A stretch of 64,000 nucleotides of DNA from an uncultured Actinomycetes bacterium. Lineage in GTDB: Bacteria > Actinomycetota > Thermoleophilia > Gaiellales > Gaiellaceae. Location of the stretch: NCBI GenBank assembly GCA_963782765.1, contig CAWALC010000001.1, forward strand, positions 323,451 to 387,450. The letters run 5' to 3'. Numbering within the stretch: the first letter of the stretch is position 1; each line of letters begins with the position of its first letter. The notes beneath the pieces were generated by a model that was not told where the DNA came from, did not search any database, and saw only the letters and a list, made by a program, of their open reading frames with translations. Below, one piece after another: positions 9,157 to 19,403 of this stretch. The translations under genes and the position numbers were made by a program.

Positions 9157-9576
9157 CTAGGCGGTTCGCCGCCGGCGAGGCGCCCCGCCGCGCCACAGCC
9201 GCGCCAGCAGGTACGTCGGCAGGAGCCAGACGAGGAGGAAGCCGACAAGCAGAGCGGCCGAGGCGCCCTGGACGACCAGGGTCACCGCAAGAGCGATCAC
9301 CAGCGTCAGGCTGAACAGCACGTAGAGGCCGGTGAAGAGCACGACCGCCGCGCCGTGCGCAGCGGCCCGAAGCGCCGATCGACCGCCGGCCAGGAGCTCA
9401 CGGACGTCCGGAAGCGTGGGCAGGTCCCAGAGAGCGGTTCGAAGCTCGGCGCGGGAGCCGGCCGCCAACGCCCGGCCGATGCGGTCCGAGAGCTCCTCCA
9501 GCGTCAGGCGACCGTCCACGTAGTGCTTTCGCAACGTTGCGACAGCACGGTCACGCTCCGGATCGCCGACGCGCAT
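9157..9576 (-). CDS. DUF1707-domain membrane protein
   Basis: MRVGDPERDRAVATLRKHYVDGRLTLEELSDRIGRALAA is the DUF1707 N-terminal motif. It is followed by two hydrophobic helices. Confidence 0.75.
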   Translation of the reverse strand: MRVGDPERDRAVATLRKHYVDGRLTLEELSDRIGRALAAGSRAELRTALWDLPTLPDVRELLAGGRSALRAAAHGAAVVLFTGLYVLFSLTLVIALAVTLVVQGASAALLVGFLLVWLLPTYLLARLWRGGAPRRRRTA

Positions 9577-9637
9577 GAAGCCATCGTAGCTCCGTGCCGT
9601 AGCCCTCTTTCGAGACCTGATCCTTCGACCGAGTCAG

Positions 9638-10774
9638 CTACCCGCCCGGGTAACTGAAAATCACGGGGTACTCAGCCGAGTTGTTGTCGGCGTTCTGCTC
9701 GCTGGGCACCGGCTTGACGCTGACCTGAAGCGTCGTCCGCTGGACGAACGGCACCGGGCCGACGTTTCTGAACCTGACCGTCGTCTCCTCGCCCGGCTCG
9801 GTGAGATCCACGCGTTGCGTCCGGGTGAGCGGCTCGGTCTCCTTCTGGATCGTGAGCTCGACCTCGACGCCGGTCTCGGTCGAGTCGCCGGAGTTCTCGA
9901 AGACGACCTCGAACGAGAGGTCGGTGGTGGCGATGACCTTGTTCAGCGCGTTCGGGTTCAGCCGTGCTCCGCCGACGACGGTCACGGAGACCAGGTTGTG
10001 GCCGTGCGTGCCGGGCCGGGCCGCCGTCCCGCCGGTGGCCGTCTGGCCACGGACTCGCTGCCAGATGTTGGTCAGCGCCCGCGCCGTGCCGAGATCCGGG
10101 TTCGCGACGAAGTTGGAGTCCGGGACGTTGATCCCGCGGAGGTCCTGACGGCGCAGCTCGGCCGTTGCCGGCGCGGAGAAGAGGTCGTCCCAGACGACGT
10201 CGCTCGTGGTCAGCCGCCGGTACTGGGCGCCGTTCAGCTCTCCCACCCGGGTCGCGTTGCCCGTGCGGGTGCCGAATGCGTCCGCCAGGCCGCGGAGACC
10301 GCTGACCCGGAACTGAAGCGAGTCGATGAGATGCACGTGCTGGGCGCGCAGCGGGCCGGGCGGGTCGAGGCCCTCGGCGGTCGCCACGAGCTGCTCGTGC
10401 TGCTGCGCGTAGCCGTCCAGGGTCCGGACGAGGGCGGCCTGCCGCACCTCGGGACGCGTCAGCGTCGTCGCGAGCTGCGAGCCGATCCGCTCCGAGCGGT
10501 CGCCCACCTCCTGAACGTCCTGCATGTAGCCCTGGTACCGGTCCCGTTTCGCCTCGCCCCGGCAGCTCGAAACCCAGAACACGAGCAGGACGATGACCAG
10601 GATGGCGAAGCTGATCAGCCCCACGAGCCGCAGGAGCGGAGTCAGGCCCGACGGCGGGCCCTGCGGACGACGGGGACCACGGGTTCGACGAGGCGGACGT
10701 TCGGTCCGGACGGCCTCCCGCGTCGCCGGCTCCTCGAAGAAGTCGAACTCGATCTCTGTGTCGCGCTCGGTCAT
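9638..10774 (-). CDS. membrane-anchored hypothetical protein with a beta-rich C-terminal domain
   Basis: 378-aa ORF. Acidic/basic cytoplasmic N-terminus, one TM (LLRLVGLISFAILVIVLLVFWV), then an extracytoplasmic region ending in a CARDB-like stretch (VEVELTIQKE...TVRFRNVGPVP...LQVSVKPVP). Confidence 0.6.
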   Translation of the reverse strand: MTERDTEIEFDFFEEPATREAVRTERPPRRTRGPRRPQGPPSGLTPLLRLVGLISFAILVIVLLVFWVSSCRGEAKRDRYQGYMQDVQEVGDRSERIGSQLATTLTRPEVRQAALVRTLDGYAQQHEQLVATAEGLDPPGPLRAQHVHLIDSLQFRVSGLRGLADAFGTRTGNATRVGELNGAQYRRLTTSDVVWDDLFSAPATAELRRQDLRGINVPDSNFVANPDLGTARALTNIWQRVRGQTATGGTAARPGTHGHNLVSVTVVGGARLNPNALNKVIATTDLSFEVVFENSGDSTETGVEVELTIQKETEPLTRTQRVDLTEPGEETTVRFRNVGPVPFVQRTTLQVSVKPVPSEQNADNNSAEYPVIFSYPGG

Positions 10775-10865
10775 GGCGCTCGGGCCGGAGTTCCGGCTCG
10801 TTCACCTTAACGACTGCACCGGCGGCCAAAGGACTTCAAGCAGCAGTCGCAAACCCCAATCGAAC

Positions 10866-12473
10866 ATGGCCACAGCGGTCGCGTCCTTCCCTGCCAGTGA
10901 ACTCGTCCTGGGCCGGTATCGGCCCCTCCGCCCGCTCGGGAGCGGCGGATCCGGCTCCGTCTGGGTCGCCCGCGACGAGCGGAACGGCCTCGACGTCGCG
11001 CTGAAGATCGTCCCGCGCGAGGGGAAGGCGCACACCCGAGCCGAGCGGGAGGCCTCCGCGGCGGCGCGGCTGCGGCATTCGCGCTGCCTGCGTGCCTACG
11101 CGTTCGCCGGCGACCAGCAGAACGTCTACATCGCGTACGAGTACGTCCCCGGAAGAACACTGCGCGACCGGCTCCGGGCGGGCGAGCTGAACGACGCCGC
11201 TGTGCTCGAGGTCGCCGCGCAGATCCTCGAGGGGCTCGCGCACGCACACCGTCACGGGATCGTGCACCGCGACGTGAAGCCGACGAACGTCCTGGTCGCT
11301 GATACGACCGAGATCTCGGTGAAGCTCCTCGACTTCGGCCTGGCCCAGTTCGCGGAGGCGGAGACGCTCACCGCGGCAGGCGACGTGCCGGGGACGCTCG
11401 CCTACATCTCGCCCGAGCGGCTGGCCGGCGAGGAGGCGTCGTTCGGCGCCGACGTGTGGGCCGTGGGCGTCGTCCTGTGGGAGGCGCTCGCCGGCTACCA
11501 CCCCTTCTGGGCGTCCTCGCCGATCGAGACCGCGCGCCGGATCGAGGCCGGGCCGCCGCCGCTCGAGTCCGTGCGGCCCGACCTGCCCCGGCATCTCACC
11601 GAGGCGGTGGCGCGCGCCACCGCCGTGGATCCCTCGCGCCGTCCGACAGCCGTACAGCTCTCGGACCGACTGCGGACGGCCCTCCAGACGCGGGACCGGA
11701 GGCGGAGCCCCGTCGCGCGTGGAGTTCCGTCGCCGCCCCTCCGCCGCGTCCTGGCCGGAACCGCCGCCGCCGTGTTCGTCGGCTGGTCGGCCGCGACGCT
11801 GCCGTTCTATCCCGCAGGCTGGAGCTGGGGGCTCGCCGCGCTTGCGGGTGTCCTCGCCGCGCTGAAGCCCCGGCTCGGGCTGGCGGCAGCGCTCGGCCTC
11901 GCCGTCCTGCCGCTGGGCAACGTCTCTCTCGGGCTCGCGGTGGTCTATGCCGTACTCGCGACGGCGTGGCTGGCAGCCACGTGGAACCGGAGCGACGAGG
12001 GCCTCTACCCGCTGGCAGGAGCCGTGCTCGCGCCGATCGGCCTCGTGATCCTGCTGCCGGCGGCGCTTCTGCCGATTCCACGCGCCTTGTGGCGCGCCGT
12101 GTTCGGCGCCGCCGGCGTCTTCCTGGCAGCGATCGCCGCCGGCGTCAGCGGCGCGACCCTTCCCCTCAGCAGCCGTGAGCCGGCTCCGCTCGGCTTGCAA
12201 GGAAGCGAGGCCACGGCCGCCGTCGCCGGGGGGCTCGTCGACTCACTGACCGCAAGGCCGGAGGTGCTGCTCGGAGCCGCCGCCGTCGCCATGCTCTCGG
12301 CATTGCTCCCGCCGGCCGCGCAGCGCGGAATCTGGCCTGTCGCCGGGCTCGGCGCCGTCGCGACCGCAGTCCTGCTCCTCCCGGTGGAAGCCGTGAACGC
12401 AGTCCACGTGGTCGCCGGAATCTGGCTTTGCTGCGTCGGTGTCTCGGTCAGAGCCGAGGTGCTCCGCCGCTAA
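10866..12473 (+). CDS. Ser/Thr protein kinase with polytopic C-terminal membrane domain
   Basis: ATG 10866 lies inside track ORF 10593..12473. Hanks motifs are present: LGSGGSGSVW, VALK, HRDVKPTN, DFG, SPE. About 240 C-terminal residues form roughly 7-8 hydrophobic helices. Confidence 0.88.
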   Translation: MATAVASFPASELVLGRYRPLRPLGSGGSGSVWVARDERNGLDVALKIVPREGKAHTRAEREASAAARLRHSRCLRAYAFAGDQQNVYIAYEYVPGRTLRDRLRAGELNDAAVLEVAAQILEGLAHAHRHGIVHRDVKPTNVLVADTTEISVKLLDFGLAQFAEAETLTAAGDVPGTLAYISPERLAGEEASFGADVWAVGVVLWEALAGYHPFWASSPIETARRIEAGPPPLESVRPDLPRHLTEAVARATAVDPSRRPTAVQLSDRLRTALQTRDRRRSPVARGVPSPPLRRVLAGTAAAVFVGWSAATLPFYPAGWSWGLAALAGVLAALKPRLGLAAALGLAVLPLGNVSLGLAVVYAVLATAWLAATWNRSDEGLYPLAGAVLAPIGLVILLPAALLPIPRALWRAVFGAAGVFLAAIAAGVSGATLPLSSREPAPLGLQGSEATAAVAGGLVDSLTARPEVLLGAAAVAMLSALLPPAAQRGIWPVAGLGAVATAVLLLPVEAVNAVHVVAGIWLCCVGVSVRAEVLRR

Positions 12474-12503
12474 ACTCGACCCCCGCCCGGAAGGGGTCGG
12501 CAC

Positions 12504-13271
12504 ATGGTGCTCAGGACGATCGAGCAAAAGATCGAGTCGCTCTTCGAAGGCGCGTTCGGGCGCGCCTTCCGTCGCAACGTGCAACCGGTCGAGCTGGCGC
12601 GGAAGCTGGCGAAGGAGATGGACGACTACAGGATGGTCTCCGTCTCGCAGATCTACGCTCCGAACGAGTACGTCGTGTACCTCTCGCCCAAGGATCGCGA
12701 CCAGTTCGAGAGCTACGAGCCGGCGCTCGTCAAGGAGCTCGAGGAGTACCTGGCGGAGCACGGCCGGCGCGAGGGCTACCAGCTGCTGTCGAGCCCGCAG
12801 GTCTCCTTCCGGACCGACGAGGATCTCGAGGTCGGCCTCTTCGGCATCTCGAACCGGATGATCCAGCGCGAGCTCCCCGAGGAGCCGGCCGAGCCCGAGG
12901 TCGAGCCCGGCGCCACGCGCATCTACCGGGCCGCCGCCCCGTCCGAGACGGAGGCCGTCTCCGTCGAGGAGCTCGGCATGGAGCCCGAGCAGGAGCCGGC
13001 AACGGTCACGGTCGACGGCTCGCAGCACAGGCTCGAGAAGCCGATCATGGTCATCGGCCGGTCGAAGGACAGCGACATCCGCGTCTCCGACCCGAACATC
13101 TCGCGGAGGCATGCCGAGATTCGCAAGGAGGGCACCACCTTCTGGATCGTCGACCTCGACTCCACGAACGGCGTCGCGGTCAATGGCCGCGCGCTGAAAC
13201 GGGCGAAGCTCGACGACGAGGACCGGATCACCCTCGGCTCGAGCGAGCTCGTCTTCAGGCGCCCCAAATGA
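12504..13271 (+). CDS. fhaA: FhaA-like protein (DUF3662 N-domain plus FHA domain)
   Basis: MVLRTIEQKIESLFEGAFGRAFRRNVQPVELARKL (FhaA N-domain). C-terminal FHA domain (IGRSKDSDIRVSDPNISRRHAEI...DLDSTNGVAVNG). Confidence 0.88.
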   Translation: MVLRTIEQKIESLFEGAFGRAFRRNVQPVELARKLAKEMDDYRMVSVSQIYAPNEYVVYLSPKDRDQFESYEPALVKELEEYLAEHGRREGYQLLSSPQVSFRTDEDLEVGLFGISNRMIQRELPEEPAEPEVEPGATRIYRAAAPSETEAVSVEELGMEPEQEPATVTVDGSQHRLEKPIMVIGRSKDSDIRVSDPNISRRHAEIRKEGTTFWIVDLDSTNGVAVNGRALKRAKLDDEDRITLGSSELVFRRPK

Positions 13272-13747
13272 TCGCCGCCATCGAGGTCGAAGCCGTTCTC
13301 CTCGGGCTGAAGGTCGGCTTCCTCGTCCTGCTGTACCTCTTCATCTGGCGGATCGTCCGGACCGTGGCGCGCGATGTCCGTCTCCCGCAGGAAAGCTTCG
13401 TGCTCGCGCCGCAGCAGGCCGCGGCGGCCGGGCTCGGGCCACGCGCCCGGACCGGCAGCCTCGTCGTCCTCGCCAGCCCCGCGCTGAAGGTCGACAGCGA
13501 GCGGACCCTGGACTCTTCGCCCGTCACGCTCGGGCGCTCGTCCGACAACGACATCGAGCTCGGCGACGACGAGTTCGCGTCGTCGCACCATGCCCGCGTG
13601 GAGCCGCGACGCGACGGCGTCTGGGTCCAGGACGTCGGTTCGACGAACGGAACCTTCGTGAACGGGATGAAGCTCGACCGGCCCAGGAAGCTCGTCGCGG
13701 GCGACGTGATCCGCGTGGGAGAGACCGACCTGAGGTTCGAAGCGTGA
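13268..13747 (+). CDS. fhaB: FHA-domain membrane protein FhaB/FipA-like
   Basis: ATG 13268 overlaps the fhaA stop (ATGA). N-terminal TM, then an FHA domain (LGRSSDNDIELGDDEFASSHHARV...DVGSTNGTFVNG). Confidence 0.88.
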   Translation: MIAAIEVEAVLLGLKVGFLVLLYLFIWRIVRTVARDVRLPQESFVLAPQQAAAAGLGPRARTGSLVVLASPALKVDSERTLDSSPVTLGRSSDNDIELGDDEFASSHHARVEPRRDGVWVQDVGSTNGTFVNGMKLDRPRKLVAGDVIRVGETDLRFEA

Positions 13748-14685
13748 ACATCGGGGTCGCCACGCACACGGGGCGCAAGCGGCGCCACAACGAGGACTCC
13801 TACGTCGTGGAGCCGCCGATGTTCGCGGTCGCCGACGGGATGGGCGGTGCGAAGGCCGGTGAGGTCGCATCCGGGCTCGCCGCCGAAGCGCTGAAGGAGA
13901 CGGGCACCGACGGCATGGGCGGCGAGCAGCGCGTGACGCAGCTCATCCAGGAGGCGAACCGGCGGGTCTTCCGGCGGGCGAACGAGGATCGCGAGGCGTC
14001 GGGGATGGGGACGACGATGACGGTCGCGCTCGTCGAGGACGGCCGCGTCGTGTTCGGCCATGTCGGGGACTCGCGGGCCTATCTGATCCGCGAGGGCTCG
14101 ATCGAGCAGCTGACCGACGACCATTCGCTCGTCGCCGAGCTGGTGCGAAGCGGGCGGCTCACGCCGGAGGAGGCCGAGGCGCATCCGCAGCGCTCCGTGA
14201 TCACGCGCGCGGTGGGCACCGAGCCGGACGTCGACGTCGACACGTTCACGGTCGAGCCCGAGGAAGGCGACCTCTTCCTGATCTGCTCGGACGGCCTGAC
14301 GGACATGGTCGACGACGCCACGATCATCGACGCGATCGAGCGCAACCGCGAAGACCTCGACGAGGCGGCGAAAGCCCTGGTCGGCGCGGCCAACCGCGTG
14401 GGCGGGGAGGACAACATCACCGTCCTCCTGGTCGAGTTCGGCGAGGACGCCCAGGAGACCGCCGACACCGCCCGCGCCGACGCGGTCGAGGTCGACGAGG
14501 ACACGCTGTCCGGCCTCGAGGCGGTGCCCGCGGTCGACACCGCCGTCGTCCCGCCGGAGGAGGCAGGGGAGCTCGCCGCCGCCGAGCCGCCCAAGCGCCG
14601 CGGCCGCGCGCTGCCGATCGTCTCGGCGCTGGCCCTGCTGCTGATAGCGGCCGCGGCGGTGCTCTGGCTGCTGGAGAACGCATGA
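13744..14685 (+). CDS. pstP: PP2C-family Ser/Thr phosphatase
   Basis: GTG start overlaps the fhaB stop. Motifs HTGRKRRHNEDS, ADGMGG, CSDGLTD, plus a C-terminal TM anchor. Confidence 0.92.
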   Translation: MNIGVATHTGRKRRHNEDSYVVEPPMFAVADGMGGAKAGEVASGLAAEALKETGTDGMGGEQRVTQLIQEANRRVFRRANEDREASGMGTTMTVALVEDGRVVFGHVGDSRAYLIREGSIEQLTDDHSLVAELVRSGRLTPEEAEAHPQRSVITRAVGTEPDVDVDTFTVEPEEGDLFLICSDGLTDMVDDATIIDAIERNREDLDEAAKALVGAANRVGGEDNITVLLVEFGEDAQETADTARADAVEVDEDTLSGLEAVPAVDTAVVPPEEAGELAAAEPPKRRGRALPIVSALALLLIAAAAVLWLLENA

Positions 14686-15950
14686 GCGCCCGTACGCGCG
14701 AGCTCTTCTCGCTGATCCTCGTCGGGATTCTCGTCGGGACGGCCTTCGCGAGCGTCTACATCGCGCGACAGGAGGTCGTCAGCACGGAGTCGCTCTCCTA
14801 CGCGTTCTTCTTCCTCGGCCTCTACGTCGCGGCCCACGTCATCACCCGGATCACGGTGCCGCACGCCGACCCGTACCTCCTGCCGATGGCCGGCCTGCTG
14901 ACCGGGATCGGCCTGACGGAGATCTACCGGCTCGACGAGGACGAGGCGTTCAGGCAGGGCCTCTGGATCGTGATCGGCCTCGTCGCCTTCGCCGGGACGC
15001 TGCTCGCGCTGCGCCGCGACTACCGGCGGCTCGAGAGCTACAAGTACCTCTTCGGCCTCGGGGCGCTCGTGCTCCTGGCGCTGCCCGCCATGCCCTTCGT
15101 CGGCAGGACGGTGAACGGCGCCCGGCTCTGGGTCGAGCTCGGGCCGATGCGGTTCCAGCCGGGCGAGTTCGCGAAGATCTGCCTGATCGTCTTCCTCGCC
15201 GGCTACCTGCGCGAGAAGCGGGAGGTGCTGGCGCAGGCGCGGCTCAAGGACCTCGGCCCCCTGCTCTTCATCTGGGGCGGCGCGATGGCGGTGCTCGTCC
15301 TCACGAACGACCTCGGCGGCGGGCTCCTCTACTTCGGGATCTTCCTGGCGATGCTCTACGTCGCCACCGCGCAGGTCTGGTTCGTGGCGGCCGGGGCGGC
15401 GATGTTCGTCGGCGGCGCCGCGCTCGTCTACACCCAGGTCGGGCGGGTCGCCGAGCGGGTGCGCATGTGGCTGGACCCGTGGAGCGACGCCGACGGCGGC
15501 GGCTACCAGACGATCCAGTCGATCTACGCGATCGCGAACGGCCACTTCGGCGGGACCGGGTTCGGTCAAGGGACGTTCACGGACGCCGACGGCAACCAGC
15601 TGATCCCGTACGTCAGCACCGACTTCATCTACTCGGCGCTCGCGCAGGAGCTCGGTCTGATCGGGATCTCGGCGTTCCTGCTCGTCTACATGCTCTTCGC
15701 TGCGCGCGGGTTCCGGATCGCGATGCTCGCCCAGGACGGCTTCTCGAAGCTGCTCGCCGTCGGGCTCACGTTCTGCTTCACGCTCCAGACGTTCATCATC
15801 GTCGGCGGGATCGTCCGGATCATCCCGCTGACCGGGATCACGCTGCCCTTCGTCAGCTACGGCGGATCGAGCATCGTCGCCAACTTCGTCCTGCTCGCCG
15901 GGCTGCTGCTCGTCTCGAACCGTGCGAACCAGCGGATGGGCTCGACGTGA
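14682..15950 (+). CDS. rodA: SEDS-family peptidoglycan polymerase (RodA/FtsW)
   Basis: 422-aa polytopic ORF in the canonical position after pstP. Ends with ...TGITLPFVSYGGSSIVANF... (SEDS C-terminal motif). Confidence 0.92.
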   Translation: MSARTRELFSLILVGILVGTAFASVYIARQEVVSTESLSYAFFFLGLYVAAHVITRITVPHADPYLLPMAGLLTGIGLTEIYRLDEDEAFRQGLWIVIGLVAFAGTLLALRRDYRRLESYKYLFGLGALVLLALPAMPFVGRTVNGARLWVELGPMRFQPGEFAKICLIVFLAGYLREKREVLAQARLKDLGPLLFIWGGAMAVLVLTNDLGGGLLYFGIFLAMLYVATAQVWFVAAGAAMFVGGAALVYTQVGRVAERVRMWLDPWSDADGGGYQTIQSIYAIANGHFGGTGFGQGTFTDADGNQLIPYVSTDFIYSALAQELGLIGISAFLLVYMLFAARGFRIAMLAQDGFSKLLAVGLTFCFTLQTFIIVGGIVRIIPLTGITLPFVSYGGSSIVANFVLLAGLLLVSNRANQRMGST

Positions 15951-17428
15951 ACCAGCAGATCTCACGCCTCGCCGTCGCCGGGCTCGTGCTCGTGACCTCG
16001 CTGATCGTCGGCACCACCTACTGGCAGGCCTGGGCTGCGCCGAGCCTCGCCGAGCGTCAGGACAACGCGATCAAGGTCGTTGCGCAGTTCACGATCAAGC
16101 GTGGGCTGATCTACGCCGGCGACGGGGTGACGAGGCTGGCGGTGAATCGCCGGAGGCGCGTCTCGGGCCAGACCTTCTACCTGCGCCGCTACCCGAAGGG
16201 TGAGCTGACCGCGCACGCGGTCGGCTACTCGACCCGCTCGAGGTCGCGGACCGGGCTCGAGCGGTCGCGCAACGACTTCCTGACTGGCGCGAACCGGAAC
16301 CTGAGCACCGTCCTCGACACGACCCTGGACGAGTTGCGCGGCAAGACGATCACGGGCAACGACATCATCACGACGATCCGGTGGCGCGCTCAGGAGGTTG
16401 CGCTGCGCGCCCTCGATGGCCAGTGCGGCGCTGCGGTCGCGCTCGAGCCGTCGACCGGCAAGGTGCTCGTCCTCGCCTCGAGCCCGACATTCGACCCCAA
16501 TCTCGTGGAGCGGAACTTCGCGGCGGTGCAGCGCGGCCGCGGCGCGTGTCCGATCGCGCCGCTGCTGAACCGCGGCACCTCGGGGCTCTTCATCCCCGGC
16601 TCGACGTTCAAGGTCGTCACCGCAGCGGCCGCCCTCGACTCCGGCCGCTACTCGACTGAGTCGTCCTTCGTCGATCCCGGCTACTGCATCGAGTACGGCC
16701 AGCGGGTCAACAACTACGACACGTCCAGCCCGTTCGGCCGTGTGAGCTTCTCGCAGGCGCTCGTGAACTCGATCAACTCGTCGTTCTGCGAGATGGGCAA
16801 GGAGATGGGGCCCGAGCTGATCCTCGACTACGCGCGGCGCTTCGGCTTCTACGAGGACCCGCCGGTCGACCTGCCCGCTGATGAGCGGGCGCCGAGCGGC
16901 CTGTACCAGGGCGCCAGGCTCGTCCCCGAGTCGGAGGAGGGGCGCGCCGACCCGGGCCGCCTCGCGTTCGGCCAGGAGCGGATGCTCGTGACGCCGATGC
17001 AGATGGCCATGGTCGCGGCGACGGTGGCGAACGGCGGGGTCGTGATGGAGCCGTACCTGACCGACCGGGTGCGCGCGCCGGACGGCTCGATCGTCCAGCG
17101 CATGAAGCCGGACGAGCTGAGACGCGCGATCAAGGAGCAGACGGCCCGAGACCTGACCTCGATGATGGAAGGCGTGGTCTCCGGCGGGACGGGCACGGCG
17201 GCGCAGATTCCGGGCGTGCGCGTCGCGGGCAAGACCGGGACCGCCGAGACGGGACGCGCCGGCCGGAACATCGCCGGGTTCATCGCGTTCGCTCCGGCCG
17301 ACCGCCCGAGGGTTGCTGTCGCCGTCTATCTCCAGAACCAGAGCGGGACAGGCGGCAGCGTCGCCGCCCCGGTCGCGAAGCAGATCATGCAGGCGCTCCT
17401 ACAAGCTCCGTCGAACTCAGGGAATTAG
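15947..17428 (+). CDS. pbpA: class B penicillin-binding protein (transpeptidase)
   Basis: GTG 15947 overlaps the rodA TGA. Catalytic motifs are S-T-F-K (GSTFKVV), S-I-N (NSINSS) and K-T-G (AGKTGTAE). Confidence 0.92.
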   Translation: MNQQISRLAVAGLVLVTSLIVGTTYWQAWAAPSLAERQDNAIKVVAQFTIKRGLIYAGDGVTRLAVNRRRRVSGQTFYLRRYPKGELTAHAVGYSTRSRSRTGLERSRNDFLTGANRNLSTVLDTTLDELRGKTITGNDIITTIRWRAQEVALRALDGQCGAAVALEPSTGKVLVLASSPTFDPNLVERNFAAVQRGRGACPIAPLLNRGTSGLFIPGSTFKVVTAAAALDSGRYSTESSFVDPGYCIEYGQRVNNYDTSSPFGRVSFSQALVNSINSSFCEMGKEMGPELILDYARRFGFYEDPPVDLPADERAPSGLYQGARLVPESEEGRADPGRLAFGQERMLVTPMQMAMVAATVANGGVVMEPYLTDRVRAPDGSIVQRMKPDELRRAIKEQTARDLTSMMEGVVSGGTGTAAQIPGVRVAGKTGTAETGRAGRNIAGFIAFAPADRPRVAVAVYLQNQSGTGGSVAAPVAKQIMQALLQAPSNSGN

Positions 17429-17432
17429 CCGA

Positions 17433-19403
17433 ATGGCCGTTTCCGACACCCTGATCAACACGCTCTTCGACGGGCGCTACCGCATCCTCCGGCGGCTCGG
17501 CTCGGGCGGAATGGCCAACGTCTACCTCGCCGAGGACGAGGAGCTCGGCCGCAACGTCGCGATCAAGATCCTCAACGACCGCCACGCCAGCGACGAGTCG
17601 TTCATCGAGCGCTTCCGCCGGGAGGCCAAGAACGCTGCCGGGCTGTCCCATCCGAACATCGTCTCGATCTACGACCGCGGTGAGGCCGAGGGCACCTACT
17701 ACATCGCGATGGAGTACCTGGAGGGCCGGAGCCTCAAGGACCGGATCGTGGTCGACGGGGCGCTGCCCGTCCCCGCCGCGATCGACGCGACGCGCCAGAT
17801 CCTCCGGGCGCTCGGGTTCGCGCACCGGGGCGGGGTCGTCCATCGCGACATCAAGCCGCACAACGTCCTGCTCGCATCCGACGGCTCCGAGCGGCGCTAC
17901 AAGGTGACGGACTTCGGGATCTCGCGCACCTCGGCGAGCCAGATGACGGAGGCCGGCTCGATCGTCGGCACCGCGCAGTACCTCTCTCCCGAGCAGGCGC
18001 GCGGCGGAGCGGTCGACCAGCGCTCGGACATCTACTCGGTCGGGATCGTGCTCTACGAACTGCTGACCGGGAAGCTGCCGTTCACGGGGGAGACGCCGCT
18101 CGAGATCGCGATGAAGCACCTCTCGGAGATCCCGAAGCCGCCCTCGGCGATCCGGCCGGAGGTCTCGTCCGACCTCGACATGGTCGTTCTGCGTGCGCTC
18201 GCCAAGGATCCCGCGGATCGGTTCGAGAGCGCCGAGGAGATGGACCGGGAGCTGGCCCGGGTCGCGTCCGGTTCCGCCGTGACCGCGGAGACGGCCGATG
18301 CGGCCACGGCCGTCCTGGCCGGGGCAGGGCTCGTGGACTCGGCGCCGACGATGGTCTCTCGCCGGCCGGTCGTCGCGCCGCAGCCGACCCGGTATCGCGA
18401 GCAGGAGTACTACGACTACCAGCCGCCGCGCCGGCAGCGGAAGTTCTGGCCGTGGCTGCTCACCGGGCTCCTGCTCGTCGGGGCGCTCGTCGCGGGCTTC
18501 TACGTCTGGCAGCAGATCCAGGACGAGATCAACGAGACGAAGCCGGTCGCCGTGCCGTTCGTCGAGGGCGTGCGCGCCCCGGTCGCGCGGCGGCGGATCC
18601 AGGACGCCGGGCTGCGCGCAGTCCCGCGGCAGGAGTCGAGCGACAGCGTGCCAACCGGGATCGTGATCCGACAGGAGCCCGATGCCGGCGAGCGGATCCA
18701 GCGCGGGAACGCGGTTCGCTACTTCGTCTCGACCGGCAGGCCGAGGGTGCAGGTGCCGGAGGTGGTGGGCGCCCGCGAGTCGGATGCGGTAGCGACCTTA
18801 CGCGCGGCCGGCCTGGTCCCGAGGGTGGTGGACATCTTCTCCACCGAGCCAGAAGGCACCGTGATCGCGCAGGATCCGAAGGGCGGGACGAGCATCGTCG
18901 AGGGCAGCGACGTGCGGCTCAACGTCTCGAAGGGGCCGCAGCAGACCGGTCTCCCGAACGTGATCGGACGGTCGTTCGACGACGCGGCGGCGGCGCTCCG
19001 CGAAGCCGGCTTCACGCCGGTGCGGCGCGACGTCGAAGCCTCGGAGCCCGAGGGCACCGTCATCGGGATGAGCCCCGGTGCCGGCTCGCTCGCACCGCCC
19101 GGGACCCGGGTGACGCTCAACGTCTCCTCCGGTACCTCGACGACGGCGGTGCCGGACGTGGTCGGCGAGGAGGAGGCGAGTGCGCGGGCGACGCTTCAGA
19201 ACGAGGGCTGGCGGGTGCTGATCCGCGACACGCCGACGACGAACCAAGACGAGGACGGCCTCGTCGTGACGCAGACGCCGGCTCCGGGCGAGCAGGCCGA
19301 GCCCGGCGCGCAGGTGATCATCTACATCGGACGGTTCCAGGAGATCGAGCCCCCGCCTCCGCCCGATGAGCCTCCGCCTCCGCCCGAGGTACCCACTCCA
19401 TGA
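17433..19403 (+). CDS. pknB: PASTA-domain Ser/Thr protein kinase
   Basis: ATG 17433 lies inside track ORF 17313..19403. Motifs LGSGGMANVY, VAIK, HRDIKPHN, DFG, SPE. One TM, four PASTA repeats, and a Pro-rich tail. Confidence 0.95.
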   Translation: MAVSDTLINTLFDGRYRILRRLGSGGMANVYLAEDEELGRNVAIKILNDRHASDESFIERFRREAKNAAGLSHPNIVSIYDRGEAEGTYYIAMEYLEGRSLKDRIVVDGALPVPAAIDATRQILRALGFAHRGGVVHRDIKPHNVLLASDGSERRYKVTDFGISRTSASQMTEAGSIVGTAQYLSPEQARGGAVDQRSDIYSVGIVLYELLTGKLPFTGETPLEIAMKHLSEIPKPPSAIRPEVSSDLDMVVLRALAKDPADRFESAEEMDRELARVASGSAVTAETADAATAVLAGAGLVDSAPTMVSRRPVVAPQPTRYREQEYYDYQPPRRQRKFWPWLLTGLLLVGALVAGFYVWQQIQDEINETKPVAVPFVEGVRAPVARRRIQDAGLRAVPRQESSDSVPTGIVIRQEPDAGERIQRGNAVRYFVSTGRPRVQVPEVVGARESDAVATLRAAGLVPRVVDIFSTEPEGTVIAQDPKGGTSIVEGSDVRLNVSKGPQQTGLPNVIGRSFDDAAAALREAGFTPVRRDVEASEPEGTVIGMSPGAGSLAPPGTRVTLNVSSGTSTTAVPDVVGEEEASARATLQNEGWRVLIRDTPTTNQDEDGLVVTQTPAPGEQAEPGAQVIIYIGRFQEIEPPPPPDEPPPPPEVPTP

